Origin: an uncultured Spirochaetota bacterium
GTDB taxonomy: Bacteria; Spirochaetota; Brevinematia; Brevinematales; JAOACQ01
Length of the DNA: 64,000 nt
Direction: 5' to 3'
Assembly: GCA_963783575.1 (NCBI GenBank)
Contig: CAWAOD010000009.1
Span: 192,001 to 256,000, forward strand
How positions within the stretch are numbered: the stretch's first letter is position 1; each line of letters starts with the position of its first letter. A program made the position numbers and the translations under genes. This document shows, one piece after another, positions 9,428 through 19,228 of the stretch. Under the pieces are notes generated by a model. It saw only the letters and a list, made by a program, of their open reading frames with translations. It did not search any database and was not told where the DNA came from.

Positions 9428-10255
9428 ATGATCAACGGCATTAATGATTTTATCACATTGAATAATGGAATAAAAATTCCCGGATTAGGTCTGGGCACAT
9501 GGCAGACAAATGATGGAAATGAGGTGATCAATTCCATCAAATGGGCTGTACAGGCAGGCTACCGGCTGATAGATACCGCTGCCGCTTATTATAATGAAGA
9601 GGGCGTTGGTAAAGCAATAAAAGAATGCGGAATTCCCAGGGAAGAACTTTTTATAACAACAAAAGTCTGGAATTCCGACCATGGATTCAATAACACTCTC
9701 AGGGCTTTTGAGACAAGCAGGAAAAAATTAGGGCTTGAATATATCGATCTTTACCTGATCCACTGGCCTGTGAGGGGAAAATACAAAGAAACCTGGAAAG
9801 CTCTTGAAAAGATTTATAAAGAAGGGCTGGTACAAGCCATCGGAGTAAGCAATTTCCAGATTCATCACCTTAGGGATATTCTTTCCGAAACGGAAACAGT
9901 TCCGGCGGTTAATCAAGTGGAATTTCATCCCCTGCTTACCCAGGCCGAACTTCGCGGCTTCTGTGCAGAAAACGGTATCCGCTTTGAAGCTTGGAGTCCA
10001 ATGATGCAGGGACACCTGAACCAGCAGGTATTAATGGATATTGCAAAAAAATACAAAAAAACACCGGCACAAGTTGTTCTCCGATGGGATTTGCAAAATG
10101 AAGTCATAACAATACCAAAGTCTATTCATGAAAATCGCATCAAAGAAAATATAGATATATTTGATTTTGAGCTTTCACCTGAAGAAATGGAAAAGATCGA
10201 CAGAATGAACTTAAACAGGCGTTTCGGCCCCGACCCTGACAACTTTTTCTTTTGA
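9428..10255 (+). CDS. Aldo/keto reductase (YvgN/DkgA-like)
   Basis: GLGTW, IDTAAAYYNE, ITTKVWN, DLYLIHWP, IGVSNF, IPKS. Confidence 0.93.
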   Translation: MINGINDFITLNNGIKIPGLGLGTWQTNDGNEVINSIKWAVQAGYRLIDTAAAYYNEEGVGKAIKECGIPREELFITTKVWNSDHGFNNTLRAFETSRKKLGLEYIDLYLIHWPVRGKYKETWKALEKIYKEGLVQAIGVSNFQIHHLRDILSETETVPAVNQVEFHPLLTQAELRGFCAENGIRFEAWSPMMQGHLNQQVLMDIAKKYKKTPAQVVLRWDLQNEVITIPKSIHENRIKENIDIFDFELSPEEMEKIDRMNLNRRFGPDPDNFFF

Positions 10256-10413
10256 CAAGCGTACCGCTTGATCCAAAATTAATCAACAGATAGCCAGACA
10301 AGATATCTGACATTTTACAAAGAATGTTTTAATGCTAATGTTAATTATATTGACAAAACCCCGGTTTATGTGTAATTTTAAGTAATTCAAAAAAATAAAC
10401 CGGAGGCGGTATT

Positions 10414-10611
10414 ATGAAAGAAATGAAATACAGTTGTAAAGAGTGCGGAAAGACTGTTTCGGTAACCAGTGATAATGTACCGGAATGCTGCGGCAAACCT
10501 ATGGAACAGATGCCGCTTGATGTCTGCACATATGCCTTTTCTGCCGAAATTGCAAGGCCGAACAATGAGGATGAGCCATGCGATGATGCCCGCACAGGTC
10601 TTAGAAAATAA
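10414..10611 (+). CDS. Small Cys-rich metal-binding protein (desulforedoxin-like CxxC...CC motif)
   Basis: CKECGK...ECCGKPM plus two further Cys. GGAGG RBS, and TTGACA at 10350. Confidence 0.7.
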   Translation: MKEMKYSCKECGKTVSVTSDNVPECCGKPMEQMPLDVCTYAFSAEIARPNNEDEPCDDARTGLRK

Positions 10612-10719
10612 AATGCTTGATTTTAAAAGAAATAATGATTATAATTTTCATTAATTTCTATTAAGTTGGAAAGGAAATATACATTTGACAGAATTATAAA
10701 CAAATAAAGAGGAGAAGTT

Positions 10720-11328
10720 ATGAGTAAAGGGACAAGAAGTTTATTGATTGTAGTTGGTGTTATTGTTGTGCTTGTATTAATGATTTACGGATATATATCA
10801 GGTACTTACAACAGCCTGGTCAGGCTTGAAGAAGGTGTTAAAGCCTCATGGTCTCAGGTTCAGAACGTTTACCAGCGGAGGGCCGATTTAATCCCCAATC
10901 TGGTGGAGACGGTAAAAGGATATGCAAGCCATGAAAAAAGCACGCTTCAAGCTGTTGTTGATGCTCGAAGCCGCGTCGGATCAATAAATGTTGACCAGAA
11001 TGTAATTAATAATACAGAGGCTTTAAAAAAGTTTCAATCAATGCAGGGCGAATTGTCAGGCGCATTATCAAGGCTGCTTGTAGTAACAGAGAATTATCCC
11101 CAGTTAAAGGCAAATGAAAACTTTCTGGCTCTCCAGTCTCAGCTTGAAGGAACCGAAAACAGGATCGCTGTGGAAAGAATGCGTTATAATGAGGCTGCAA
11201 GGGAATTCAACACAAAACGCAGATTGTTCCCGGCCAGTATTATTGCCAATATGTCCGGTTTTCAGGAAAAGGCATATTTTGAAGCGGAGGAAGGCGCAGA
11301 AAAGGCGCCGAAGGTTAAATTCAATTAA
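10720..11328 (+). CDS. lemA: LemA family protein
   Basis: N-terminal TM, YQRRADLIPNLVETVKGYA, ENYPQLKANENF, EGTENRIAVER. Confidence 0.95.
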   Translation: MSKGTRSLLIVVGVIVVLVLMIYGYISGTYNSLVRLEEGVKASWSQVQNVYQRRADLIPNLVETVKGYASHEKSTLQAVVDARSRVGSINVDQNVINNTEALKKFQSMQGELSGALSRLLVVTENYPQLKANENFLALQSQLEGTENRIAVERMRYNEAAREFNTKRRLFPASIIANMSGFQEKAYFEAEEGAEKAPKVKFN

Positions 11329-11350
11329 TTTCTTTGAATTCCATTCATAA

Positions 11351-11380
11351 TGAGCAGATCATTTAATAATGGCCTGCTCA
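11351..11380. other. Intercistronic stem-loop
   Basis: TGAGCAGATCAT-TTAATA-ATGGCCTGCTCA imperfect hairpin between lemA and the TPM gene. Confidence 0.4.
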
Positions 11381-11420
11381 AGTTTTATCTCAGGATAATA
11401 ATTAAGGATGTTTTAAAATA

Positions 11421-12290
11421 ATGAATAAAATTAAATTGTTTATACAATCACAGATATTAATAATAATTATGGCTGTTATTAATATATCTTTATTACCTTT
11501 AATTTCTTACGGCTTAAAAGTCCCCGATAGTCCCGAAGCAAGGGTCAGCGATTGGGCCGGAATTATGTCGGAAGACGCGAAGAGCCGACTGGAAGAAATA
11601 CTTGGAGATTTTGAAGAAAAAACCGGGAATCAGATTGCGGTCGCTACTTTTACTACTCTGGAAGGCGACAGCCTTGAAGACTTTTCAATACGGCTTGCGG
11701 AAAAATGGAAAATCGGGCAGAAAGGAAAGGATAGCGGCATTATTCTTCTGATTATTAAGGATGACAGGCTAGTCCGGATTGAAGTTGGCTATGGGCTGGA
11801 AGGCGTTATACCGGATGCGGTTGCATCGCAAATAATACGCGGGGTAATTGTGCCAAGTTTTCAAAAGGGGGATTTTGACGGCGGAATAACCCTGGCGGTT
11901 CAAACCATGATCAGGATTATTTCCGGAGAAAATAGTGCAATCCCCGAAGAAAATAAAATAAGAAGCGGCAGCATGGCTTATTTGCTGAACATCCGGGCAA
12001 TCAAAACGACTATAATTGTCATTTTTATCCTGATCGTGCTTTTATTCATTATTGACATATTCCGCTACGGGGGATATGTTTCCGAAAACAGGAACTACGG
12101 TCACCGTTATGGTTTCATTGAATGGATGATATATTTCGGAATTTTACTGGCTATAATGAAATTAATATTGCAGATGATATTTTTTTCACGCGGGTTTGGA
12201 GGAGGCAGGGGCGGATTCGGCAGTTCAGGCGGCGGTTTCAGCGGAGGCGGCGGGAATTTCGGCGGAGGAGGTGCAAGTGGAAGCTGGTAA
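11421..12290 (+). CDS. TPM domain membrane protein (YgcG-like)
   Basis: RIEVGYGLEG motif and Gly-rich C-terminus GGGGASGSW. Follows lemA. Confidence 0.92.
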   Translation: MNKIKLFIQSQILIIIMAVINISLLPLISYGLKVPDSPEARVSDWAGIMSEDAKSRLEEILGDFEEKTGNQIAVATFTTLEGDSLEDFSIRLAEKWKIGQKGKDSGIILLIIKDDRLVRIEVGYGLEGVIPDAVASQIIRGVIVPSFQKGDFDGGITLAVQTMIRIISGENSAIPEENKIRSGSMAYLLNIRAIKTTIIVIFILIVLLFIIDIFRYGGYVSENRNYGHRYGFIEWMIYFGILLAIMKLILQMIFFSRGFGGGRGGFGSSGGGFSGGGGNFGGGGASGSW

Positions 12291-12771
12291 AGTTAAAGAA
12301 AAACAAAAAAAGATAAAAAAGTTTTCTGCAAACAGGTCACTTAACCCGGCTTTTTTTCTGTCCAAAAGGGAAAAAGTCGAAATTAAAAACGCCATCATCC
12401 AGGCTGAAAATGAAACATCAGGCGAAATCCGCGTCCAAATTGCAAAAAAAGTTCAACACGATATTATGCAAGAGGCTAAAAGAGTATTTGAAAAAATCGG
12501 TATGATAGAGACAAAAGAGAGAAACGGAATCTTAATTTACTTTGCCGTAAAAGACCGCAAATTCGCCATCCTCGGCGACAAAGGCATCCATGAAAAGATG
12601 GGTGATGCCGCCTGGAACACAATCGCATCGGCAATGCAGGAGTATTTCAAGAATAACGATTTTGCAGGCGGCCTCTCTTTTGGAATAGGCCGGATCGGCG
12701 AAGCTTTAAAGACCCATTTCCCCCATCAAAAGGATGATATTAACGAACTTCCCGATGATATATCATATTAA
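12277..12771 (+). CDS. TPM domain protein
   Basis: AENETSGEIRV, RNGILIY, GDKGIH, DINELPD. Likely start is GTG 12277 (GGAGG 8 nt upstream) rather than 12196. Confidence 0.88.
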   Translation: MEAGKVKEKQKKIKKFSANRSLNPAFFLSKREKVEIKNAIIQAENETSGEIRVQIAKKVQHDIMQEAKRVFEKIGMIETKERNGILIYFAVKDRKFAILGDKGIHEKMGDAAWNTIASAMQEYFKNNDFAGGLSFGIGRIGEALKTHFPHQKDDINELPDDISY

Positions 12772-13065
12772 TATTACCCTAAATGCTTATTTATATAACC
12801 GCCTTCGATAAAGTAAGAGTTTTTGCATATTTGACTATCTAACAAATCATCGCACAGGACATCAATTTGTGCACTTTGACAATATAAATCATATTTATAA
12901 TTGATTATTTTTATCCGATTCATTACAATTTTTTATTATTTATAATTTTTTATGTATGAAAAGAGCCTACCATGGACTTATAGAAATATCAATCCAAAAG
13001 GTTTGTTTATTTGTAAAAAACTGAGTAAATAATTAATTTTATTATTCATATAAGAGAGTATAATT

Positions 13066-14688
13066 ATGAGAAAAAACCATTTAATTGCAGTCATTTTTGT
13101 TCTTATTTCCCTCAATTTATATTCCCAGAATACTAATACTCAGTCTGATGAAAAACCCGGGAAGCTGAGAGCCCTTTTCTATCCGCTTGAAAATATAACA
13201 GACACTAATAAATATGTTAATTCTGATATTGTTAAATTAATTATTTATAAATCCTTATATAATTTTATCCTGGTTTTGCCATCTATTGAATTAGTCGAGG
13301 ATAAATACAAGATGAAAGTACCTGAATTATCTAATTTGAAAGAGTCTTCAAAGGAGCTTAACCCGGATATTGTTCTCTTCGGAAACATAGAATTATTCGG
13401 AGACCGGCTGAATCCGGATGTTAGGGTTAAGCTTTCCACCTGGTTTAAAGATGAAGATAAGATAGTTTTTCAGAAGAAATATGAAGGAACAACCGGCATA
13501 GACATATTTGATACTATAGATGCCACAATCGTGGATTTTATGAAAACGGTGTTCAACCTTACTGTAAATCTGGCAAAAATACAATTCCATGATTTTGTTC
13601 TTGGGAATGAAACGCATGAAATCCGCCTGAATGGAAGGCCTATAGCCTCACCATCCGGCGATGATTTCTCCCTATCGATGAAAGTGCTTGCGGATACACC
13701 TTATGATATCACCATCACAAACCTGGTTGATAAAAAGGAAGTTTATCATAAGACAGTGAATTTGAAAAGGGATGAGACGGCCGATATAAGTTATAAAACC
13801 TATACAGGATTCATTCAATTCAGGGATTTTAAGACTGGTGGTGAAAAATACAGGTTGGATATAAATGGTATACCGGCGGGTATAATCACAAACGGATATT
13901 TTTCAAAATACAGGACGCATGAAAATAATTATAATCATATAAATATAATCCATATCCGCGATAATAAAAGTGTTCTTGAAGAGAATATCCGGCTTGAAGG
14001 CGGTGAAACAAGGATTATATCATATTCGGCTTACGGCTCTGTCAGGATTCACACTGGAAAATATCAATCCCCCAACCGGCGGATAAGCTATATGCTGGAC
14101 GATACACCAGTGGAAGGAAACTCCATTTTGACAAATATGAGTGCGGGTGTAAAACATACGTTCCTGACCCTTGAAAACGGTGTACCGGTCAAAAAAGAAA
14201 TATTCTATCTTAAAGATGGAGAATTAAAAGAATTTTCCCCGGGAGAAAGTTTCTTTTCTTTCGGAATAAGAATCTACACCCTGGATGAATGCATGCTGGG
14301 CCTCGGATTGGATGGGAATTTAGGCGGTTTCAGGCTATCCGGGGGCTGGGGCGAGTCTTATTATTCCTACCCCGACTTTAATCATAACCGGTTGATTTTC
14401 AACAGTCTTTATCTTGAGCTTTCCTATAAAATATTTGAAATACCTTTATTTTCAAGGCCCTTGAAGATTTATCTGGGCGGCGATTACAGGTATTATTTTT
14501 TAACCCCCATCGACGATTATAACAGTTCACCATACTCTTTACCGATGGACGGTTCTTCATATACTTCCTATGGTATAACAATAACACCGGAAAATGGATT
14601 CCTGTTTATAAAAACAGGAGTATATTTCAACCAAATCGGAGACTCTGGTAATTTTACCTTTGTAATTTCTCCCGGAATTAAATTTTAG
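13066..14688 (+). CDS. Exported hypothetical protein, probable outer-membrane beta-rich protein
   Basis: Signal peptide, repeated beta-sandwich-like segments, amphipathic C-terminal strands ending in Phe (ISPGIKF). Confidence 0.6.
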   Translation: MRKNHLIAVIFVLISLNLYSQNTNTQSDEKPGKLRALFYPLENITDTNKYVNSDIVKLIIYKSLYNFILVLPSIELVEDKYKMKVPELSNLKESSKELNPDIVLFGNIELFGDRLNPDVRVKLSTWFKDEDKIVFQKKYEGTTGIDIFDTIDATIVDFMKTVFNLTVNLAKIQFHDFVLGNETHEIRLNGRPIASPSGDDFSLSMKVLADTPYDITITNLVDKKEVYHKTVNLKRDETADISYKTYTGFIQFRDFKTGGEKYRLDINGIPAGIITNGYFSKYRTHENNYNHINIIHIRDNKSVLEENIRLEGGETRIISYSAYGSVRIHTGKYQSPNRRISYMLDDTPVEGNSILTNMSAGVKHTFLTLENGVPVKKEIFYLKDGELKEFSPGESFFSFGIRIYTLDECMLGLGLDGNLGGFRLSGGWGESYYSYPDFNHNRLIFNSLYLELSYKIFEIPLFSRPLKIYLGGDYRYYFLTPIDDYNSSPYSLPMDGSSYTSYGITITPENGFLFIKTGVYFNQIGDSGNFTFVISPGIKF

Positions 14689-14697
14689 AGGCAATTT

Positions 14698-16173
14698 ATG
14701 AAAAAGATTGCTATTATTTTCTTATTCATCATACCCGTTTTATCGGCCTGCCAGCTTTATCCCGGGAGGTATAAAACCGAGATAGTGGATAAAATGAATA
14801 CAAGCAGCTCGGGAAGTACTAATACCTACACTTTAACCTACGATTCTGGCGGAGCAGCAAGCGGAAACGTTCCGACCGACGGCAACCTCTACCACCAGGG
14901 AGCGGCAGTATCCATTCAAGGCAACACCGGCGGGCTGATTGACCCCGGCTATGCTTTTGCCGGGTGGACCACCAGTATTACCGGGCCAGGGTCAAGCTAT
15001 TCCAGCGGGGCAACTTTATCGATGGGATCGTCTAATATAACACTTTATGCTGTCTGGATAACCAATAGCCTCAAGTTTAACAGTTCGGAAACTAATATAA
15101 CGATAACGGGAACTAACTCATCTCCAGGCGGAATACTTATTATACCATGCGGTGTTACAACTATCGGCGGAAGCGCATTTTATTGCTGTATTAGTTTTAC
15201 AAGCGTCACCATTCCTGCAAGCGTAATTAGCGTTGGTATCAATGCATTTCAAACATGTGAAAGCCTTATAAGTATTAACGTCGATTCTGCCAATTCTTTT
15301 TATGAATCCATCTCAGGAATATTATTCAATAAGAATGGGACTACCCTTGTAGAGATGGCGGATGGTATGAATGGAAGTTATATTATTCCCTCCGGTGTCA
15401 TCAGTATCAGCGGCAGCGCATTTCAAAACTGCAGTCTTACCAGTATAACAATCCCTTCCGGCGTCACTAACTTAGGCGCAGGGGGCGATCCATTTATGTA
15501 CTGTAATAATCTAATAAGTATTAACGTCGATACAGCAAATACCTCTTATAAATCCATCTCGGGAATATTGTTCGGTAAAGACGGGACTACTCTGGTGGCA
15601 GTGCCAGGAAGTATGACAGATAGTTATATTATTCCATCCGGTGTTTTAAGCATCAATGGCGGCGCATTTGATGGCTGCGGCATTGTCAGTGTAAATATCC
15701 CTTCCAGTGTTACAAATATAGGAAACAATGGTGTTTACGGAGACCCATTTAACTGCCGCAACCTTCTCAGTATTAACGTTGATTCTGCCAATACTTTTTA
15801 TGAATCCATTAACGGAGTATTATTCAATAAAAGCGGGACTGTATTAATATCTGTACCAGGCAGTATGACTGGTAGTTATATAATTCCCTCCGGTGTTTTA
15901 AGTATAAACGGCGGCTCATTTCAATGGGGTTTCCTTACCAGTGTAATTATCCCTTCCAGCGTTACAAATATCGGTGATGGAGCATTTTATTCTTGTACAA
16001 GTCTTACCAGCTTAACAGTTCAGGCAACTATACCTCCAGCATTGCCTTCGGGATCACAGGTATTTGATAACTGTAACCCCGGTTTGCTGATTCACGTCCC
16101 CTCTGGTACTGTACTAACATATCAAACGGCAACCGGGTGGAGCGATTATGCATCATTAATAGTTTCACCTTAG
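14698..16173 (+). CDS. Lipoprotein with InlB B-type repeat and BspA-type leucine-rich repeats (LRR_5)
   Basis: Lipobox LSAC, GYAFAGW...ITLYAVW module, repeated IPSGVxSIxxxAF and SINVDSANxxYESIxGxLF units. Confidence 0.88.
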   Translation: MKKIAIIFLFIIPVLSACQLYPGRYKTEIVDKMNTSSSGSTNTYTLTYDSGGAASGNVPTDGNLYHQGAAVSIQGNTGGLIDPGYAFAGWTTSITGPGSSYSSGATLSMGSSNITLYAVWITNSLKFNSSETNITITGTNSSPGGILIIPCGVTTIGGSAFYCCISFTSVTIPASVISVGINAFQTCESLISINVDSANSFYESISGILFNKNGTTLVEMADGMNGSYIIPSGVISISGSAFQNCSLTSITIPSGVTNLGAGGDPFMYCNNLISINVDTANTSYKSISGILFGKDGTTLVAVPGSMTDSYIIPSGVLSINGGAFDGCGIVSVNIPSSVTNIGNNGVYGDPFNCRNLLSINVDSANTFYESINGVLFNKSGTVLISVPGSMTGSYIIPSGVLSINGGSFQWGFLTSVIIPSSVTNIGDGAFYSCTSLTSLTVQATIPPALPSGSQVFDNCNPGLLIHVPSGTVLTYQTATGWSDYASLIVSP

Positions 16174-16268
16174 TAGTATTATAGGAGGTCAAATAATACC
16201 AAAAACCGGCTTAAACTCATTGGCTAAAAAGTGACACCGGTGAAAAGCTTTTATTAATAATAAGAGAA

Positions 16269-16302
16269 TTCCCCTAGTATCCAAAGCCAGGGCTAGGGGG
16301 AT
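16269..16302. terminator. GC-rich hairpin between convergent genes
   Basis: TCCCCTAG...CTAGGGGGA inverted repeat. Confidence 0.4.
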
Positions 16303-16321
16303 CAAAGGGAACCCATGCAAA

Positions 16322-17239
16322 TCACATTATCTTAACACTCACTTCAACTGACATGCCCGGCAGCAAAACATATGGATCCGAAATCTTATCCAGCTCAATC
16401 TTTATGGGAACCCTCTGCGTGGTTTTAGTAAACTCGCCGATCGTAAAAGCCGGTGCTACAATACCCGCGCCTATCCGTACAACATGGCCTTTAAACAGGT
16501 GGTTCGGATATGCGTCAACATTTATGTCAACAGGTGCGTTAATTTTTATATGCCTAACTTTTGTTTCCTCGAAGTTGGCCACAATCCAGATACTATTCAA
16601 ATCATTTACGGAAAAAATAGCCTGACCCGGCTGGACAACATCGCCGGGCATTACGGATTTTTTTGCTATCACGCCCGAAATCGGAGCGGTTATTCTTGTA
16701 TTAAGAAGCTGGGTCTCAATCACTCCCAATTGCGCTTTTGCCGTATCAATCTGCGCTTGAGCTATAGAATATTGAGCTTTTGCCGTGTCCAGGGCTTTCT
16801 CTGCATGAGTGAACTGCTCTTTTGTCGATGCCCCTGAACCGAACAGCGTCCTTGTACGGTCATAATCATCCTGGGTTTTTTCAAGATTAACTTTTGCCAG
16901 GATCAGATTCTGATTAGCATAATTCAGTGAAGATGCAGATTGCGCTTCCTGAGAGCGGAGATCGGAATCATCAAGCTGGACAAGCAATTGTCCTGTTTCA
17001 ACTTTATCCCCTTCATCAGCCTGAAGGCTTTTTACCCTTCCAAGCATTTTAGCGCTTATAGTTACATGGTTGCCGTCAATCGCAGCATCATCCGTGCTTA
17101 CAAAATTTATAAAATTTATAAACCAGGCATAGCCAAACCATAAACCTGCCGCCGAAAGGACTATAAGGATAACCGCGCCTATTAAAACCGGCCTTTTCCT
17201 TTCTTTCGACTGTTTCTTCGGTTGTTCTTTAGAATCCAT
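16322..17239 (-). CDS. HlyD/EmrA-family membrane fusion protein
   Basis: STDDA, ITAPISGVI, WIVANFEET, VDAYP, QRVPIKI, LLPGMSVEV. Likely start ATG 17239. Confidence 0.9.
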   Translation of the reverse strand: MDSKEQPKKQSKERKRPVLIGAVILIVLSAAGLWFGYAWFINFINFVSTDDAAIDGNHVTISAKMLGRVKSLQADEGDKVETGQLLVQLDDSDLRSQEAQSASSLNYANQNLILAKVNLEKTQDDYDRTRTLFGSGASTKEQFTHAEKALDTAKAQYSIAQAQIDTAKAQLGVIETQLLNTRITAPISGVIAKKSVMPGDVVQPGQAIFSVNDLNSIWIVANFEETKVRHIKINAPVDINVDAYPNHLFKGHVVRIGAGIVAPAFTIGEFTKTTQRVPIKIELDKISDPYVLLPGMSVEVSVKIM

Positions 17240-17301
17240 ATAATTTACTCCCTTTATATTATTTTCTTTTTTCGTAAAATTAAAAACGGGCTTCACTTGC
17301 T

Positions 17302-19228
17302 CTACGCAGCCTCGTCCGTATAAGCGCCGGTAAACTGGCTGTTGTAAAGGTCTGCGTAAAAACCCCCGGCTCTCAATAATTCACTGTGATTACCCATTTC
17401 AATAATGCTTCCATTATTCATCACAAGGATTGTCTCCGCGTCGCGTATTGTTGAAAGCCTGTGAGCTATAACAAAGCTTGTCCTTCCCTTCATCAATTCC
17501 TTCATAGCCTTCTGAATGTAAACTTCAGTTCTTGTATCAACGCTGCTTGTCGCCTCGTCAAGAATCAATATCGCCGGATCTGCAAGTATAGCCCTTGCTA
17601 TTGTCAGCAGCTGTTTCTCGCCCTGGGAGATGTTAGAAGCTTCTTCATTCAGGATTGTGTTGTAACCTTCAGGCAAAGCTCTGATAAAATGGTCCGCGTG
17701 AGCAGCTTTTGCGGCCTGAATAATTTCTTCCTCCGATGCGCCTTCGCGGCCATACGCGATATTTTCCCTGATAGTTCCGTTAAAAAGCCAGGTGTCCTGC
17801 AGAACCATACCGAACATTGTCCTTAAATCCCCGCGTTTCAATTCACGAATATCAACGCCGTCTACTTTAATCATCCCGCCGTTAATCTCGTAAAAACGCA
17901 TCAGGAGGTTGACAAGCGTGGTTTTACCCGCGCCAGTCGGCCCAACAATAGCGATTGTCTGCCCCTGCTTGACGTCGATATTCATATCCTCCATCAGGAC
18001 AGACCCTTCCTTATAACCAAATTTTACATTCTGGAATTGAACCTCGCCTTTTGGAGATGTAATAATAAAAGCATCATCTTTTTCGGGGATTTCCTCGGTT
18101 TCATCAAGGATTTCAAAAACACGTTCCGCCGAAGCTATTGTCGATTGAAGGACATTTGCGATATTCGCGGTCTGGGCAATCGGCTGCATAAACTGTCTTG
18201 AGTACTGGATGAAAGCCTGGATATCACCGATTTTAATTATTTTTTTTGCCGTCAATATTCCGCCTACAACGCATACCAGGACATAACCTATATTATTGAC
18301 AAAGTTCATCATAGGAAAAATTATTCCGGAAACAAACTGCGCCTTCCATGCCGGCATGATAAAGCCTTCCGTTAATTTCATCAAATTCTTTGATGGACTT
18401 ATGTTCATGCCCGAATACCTTGACTATTTTGTGGCCGGTATACATCTCCTCGACGTGTCCGTTAAGGGCGCCGAGTTCCTTCTGTTGAGCCCCGAAGTAT
18501 TTCTGCGAAAGTTTCGCTATATTTGCCGTAATGATAAATGAAAGGGGTAATGTAACAAACGTAATCAAAGTCAGGAGCGGGCTGATCGTCAGCATCATAA
18601 CAAGCACGCCTATAATAGTACATACTGATGTAATAAGCTGAGTCAGGCTCTGCTGAAGAGTTGTGCTTATGTTGTCAATATCGTTTGTAACCCTGCTCAT
18701 AATCTCGCCATGAGTCCTGGAATCAAAAAACTTCAACGGAAGCCTTGACAATTTCGCGTTAACATCACGACGCATATCGAAAACAGTTTTCTGAGAGACG
18801 CCCGCCATCTGGTATTGCTGGATATATCCGAAAAGGGCGCTGATCAGATAAAGAATTATTAAAAGTATTATGATTTGTCCTATATAAGTGAAATCGATTG
18901 AAGGCATGGGTTTTTTCAAAAAGAAAGCGGCATATTTTGCCATAAGCCCGTCAAAAAGCTTTGTAGTCGCTTGTCCCAGTATTTTAGGGCCTATTATATT
19001 AAAAATTGTGCTAAGCACTGCAAACAAAACCACAAAACTCATCTGTACGGCATGCGGTTTTAAATAAACGATCAGCCTTTTCATTGTTCCGAAAAAATCT
19101 TTTGGCTTTTCCGCTGGCCCCCTGCCCATCATTCCGCCGAAACCGCCCGGGCCGCGTCCGCGACCTCCCATAATTCCCCGCTGCTGCTCTCCGGGTCTGG
19201 GACCTTGATCTTTTCTATCTTCACTCAT
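17302..19228 (-). CDS. Heterodimeric ABC exporter subunit, TM288-like (split by +1 frameshift at about 18350)
   Basis: ORFs 18293..19228 and 17302..18408 join as RLYHAG-WKAQF on removing one base. Motifs GPTGAGKT, ISQGE, LILDE, AHR. Confidence 0.88.

Noticed and set aside
12190..12290. GGC/GGA-rich low-complexity tract as a DNA repeat
   Set aside because: Explained by the normal Gly-rich tail of the TPM protein.
12772..13065. Riboswitch (e.g. c-di-GMP-I) in the AT-rich intergenic region
   Set aside because: No GGCAAAC/GAAA/GACGCAAAG core or other recognisable aptamer seen.
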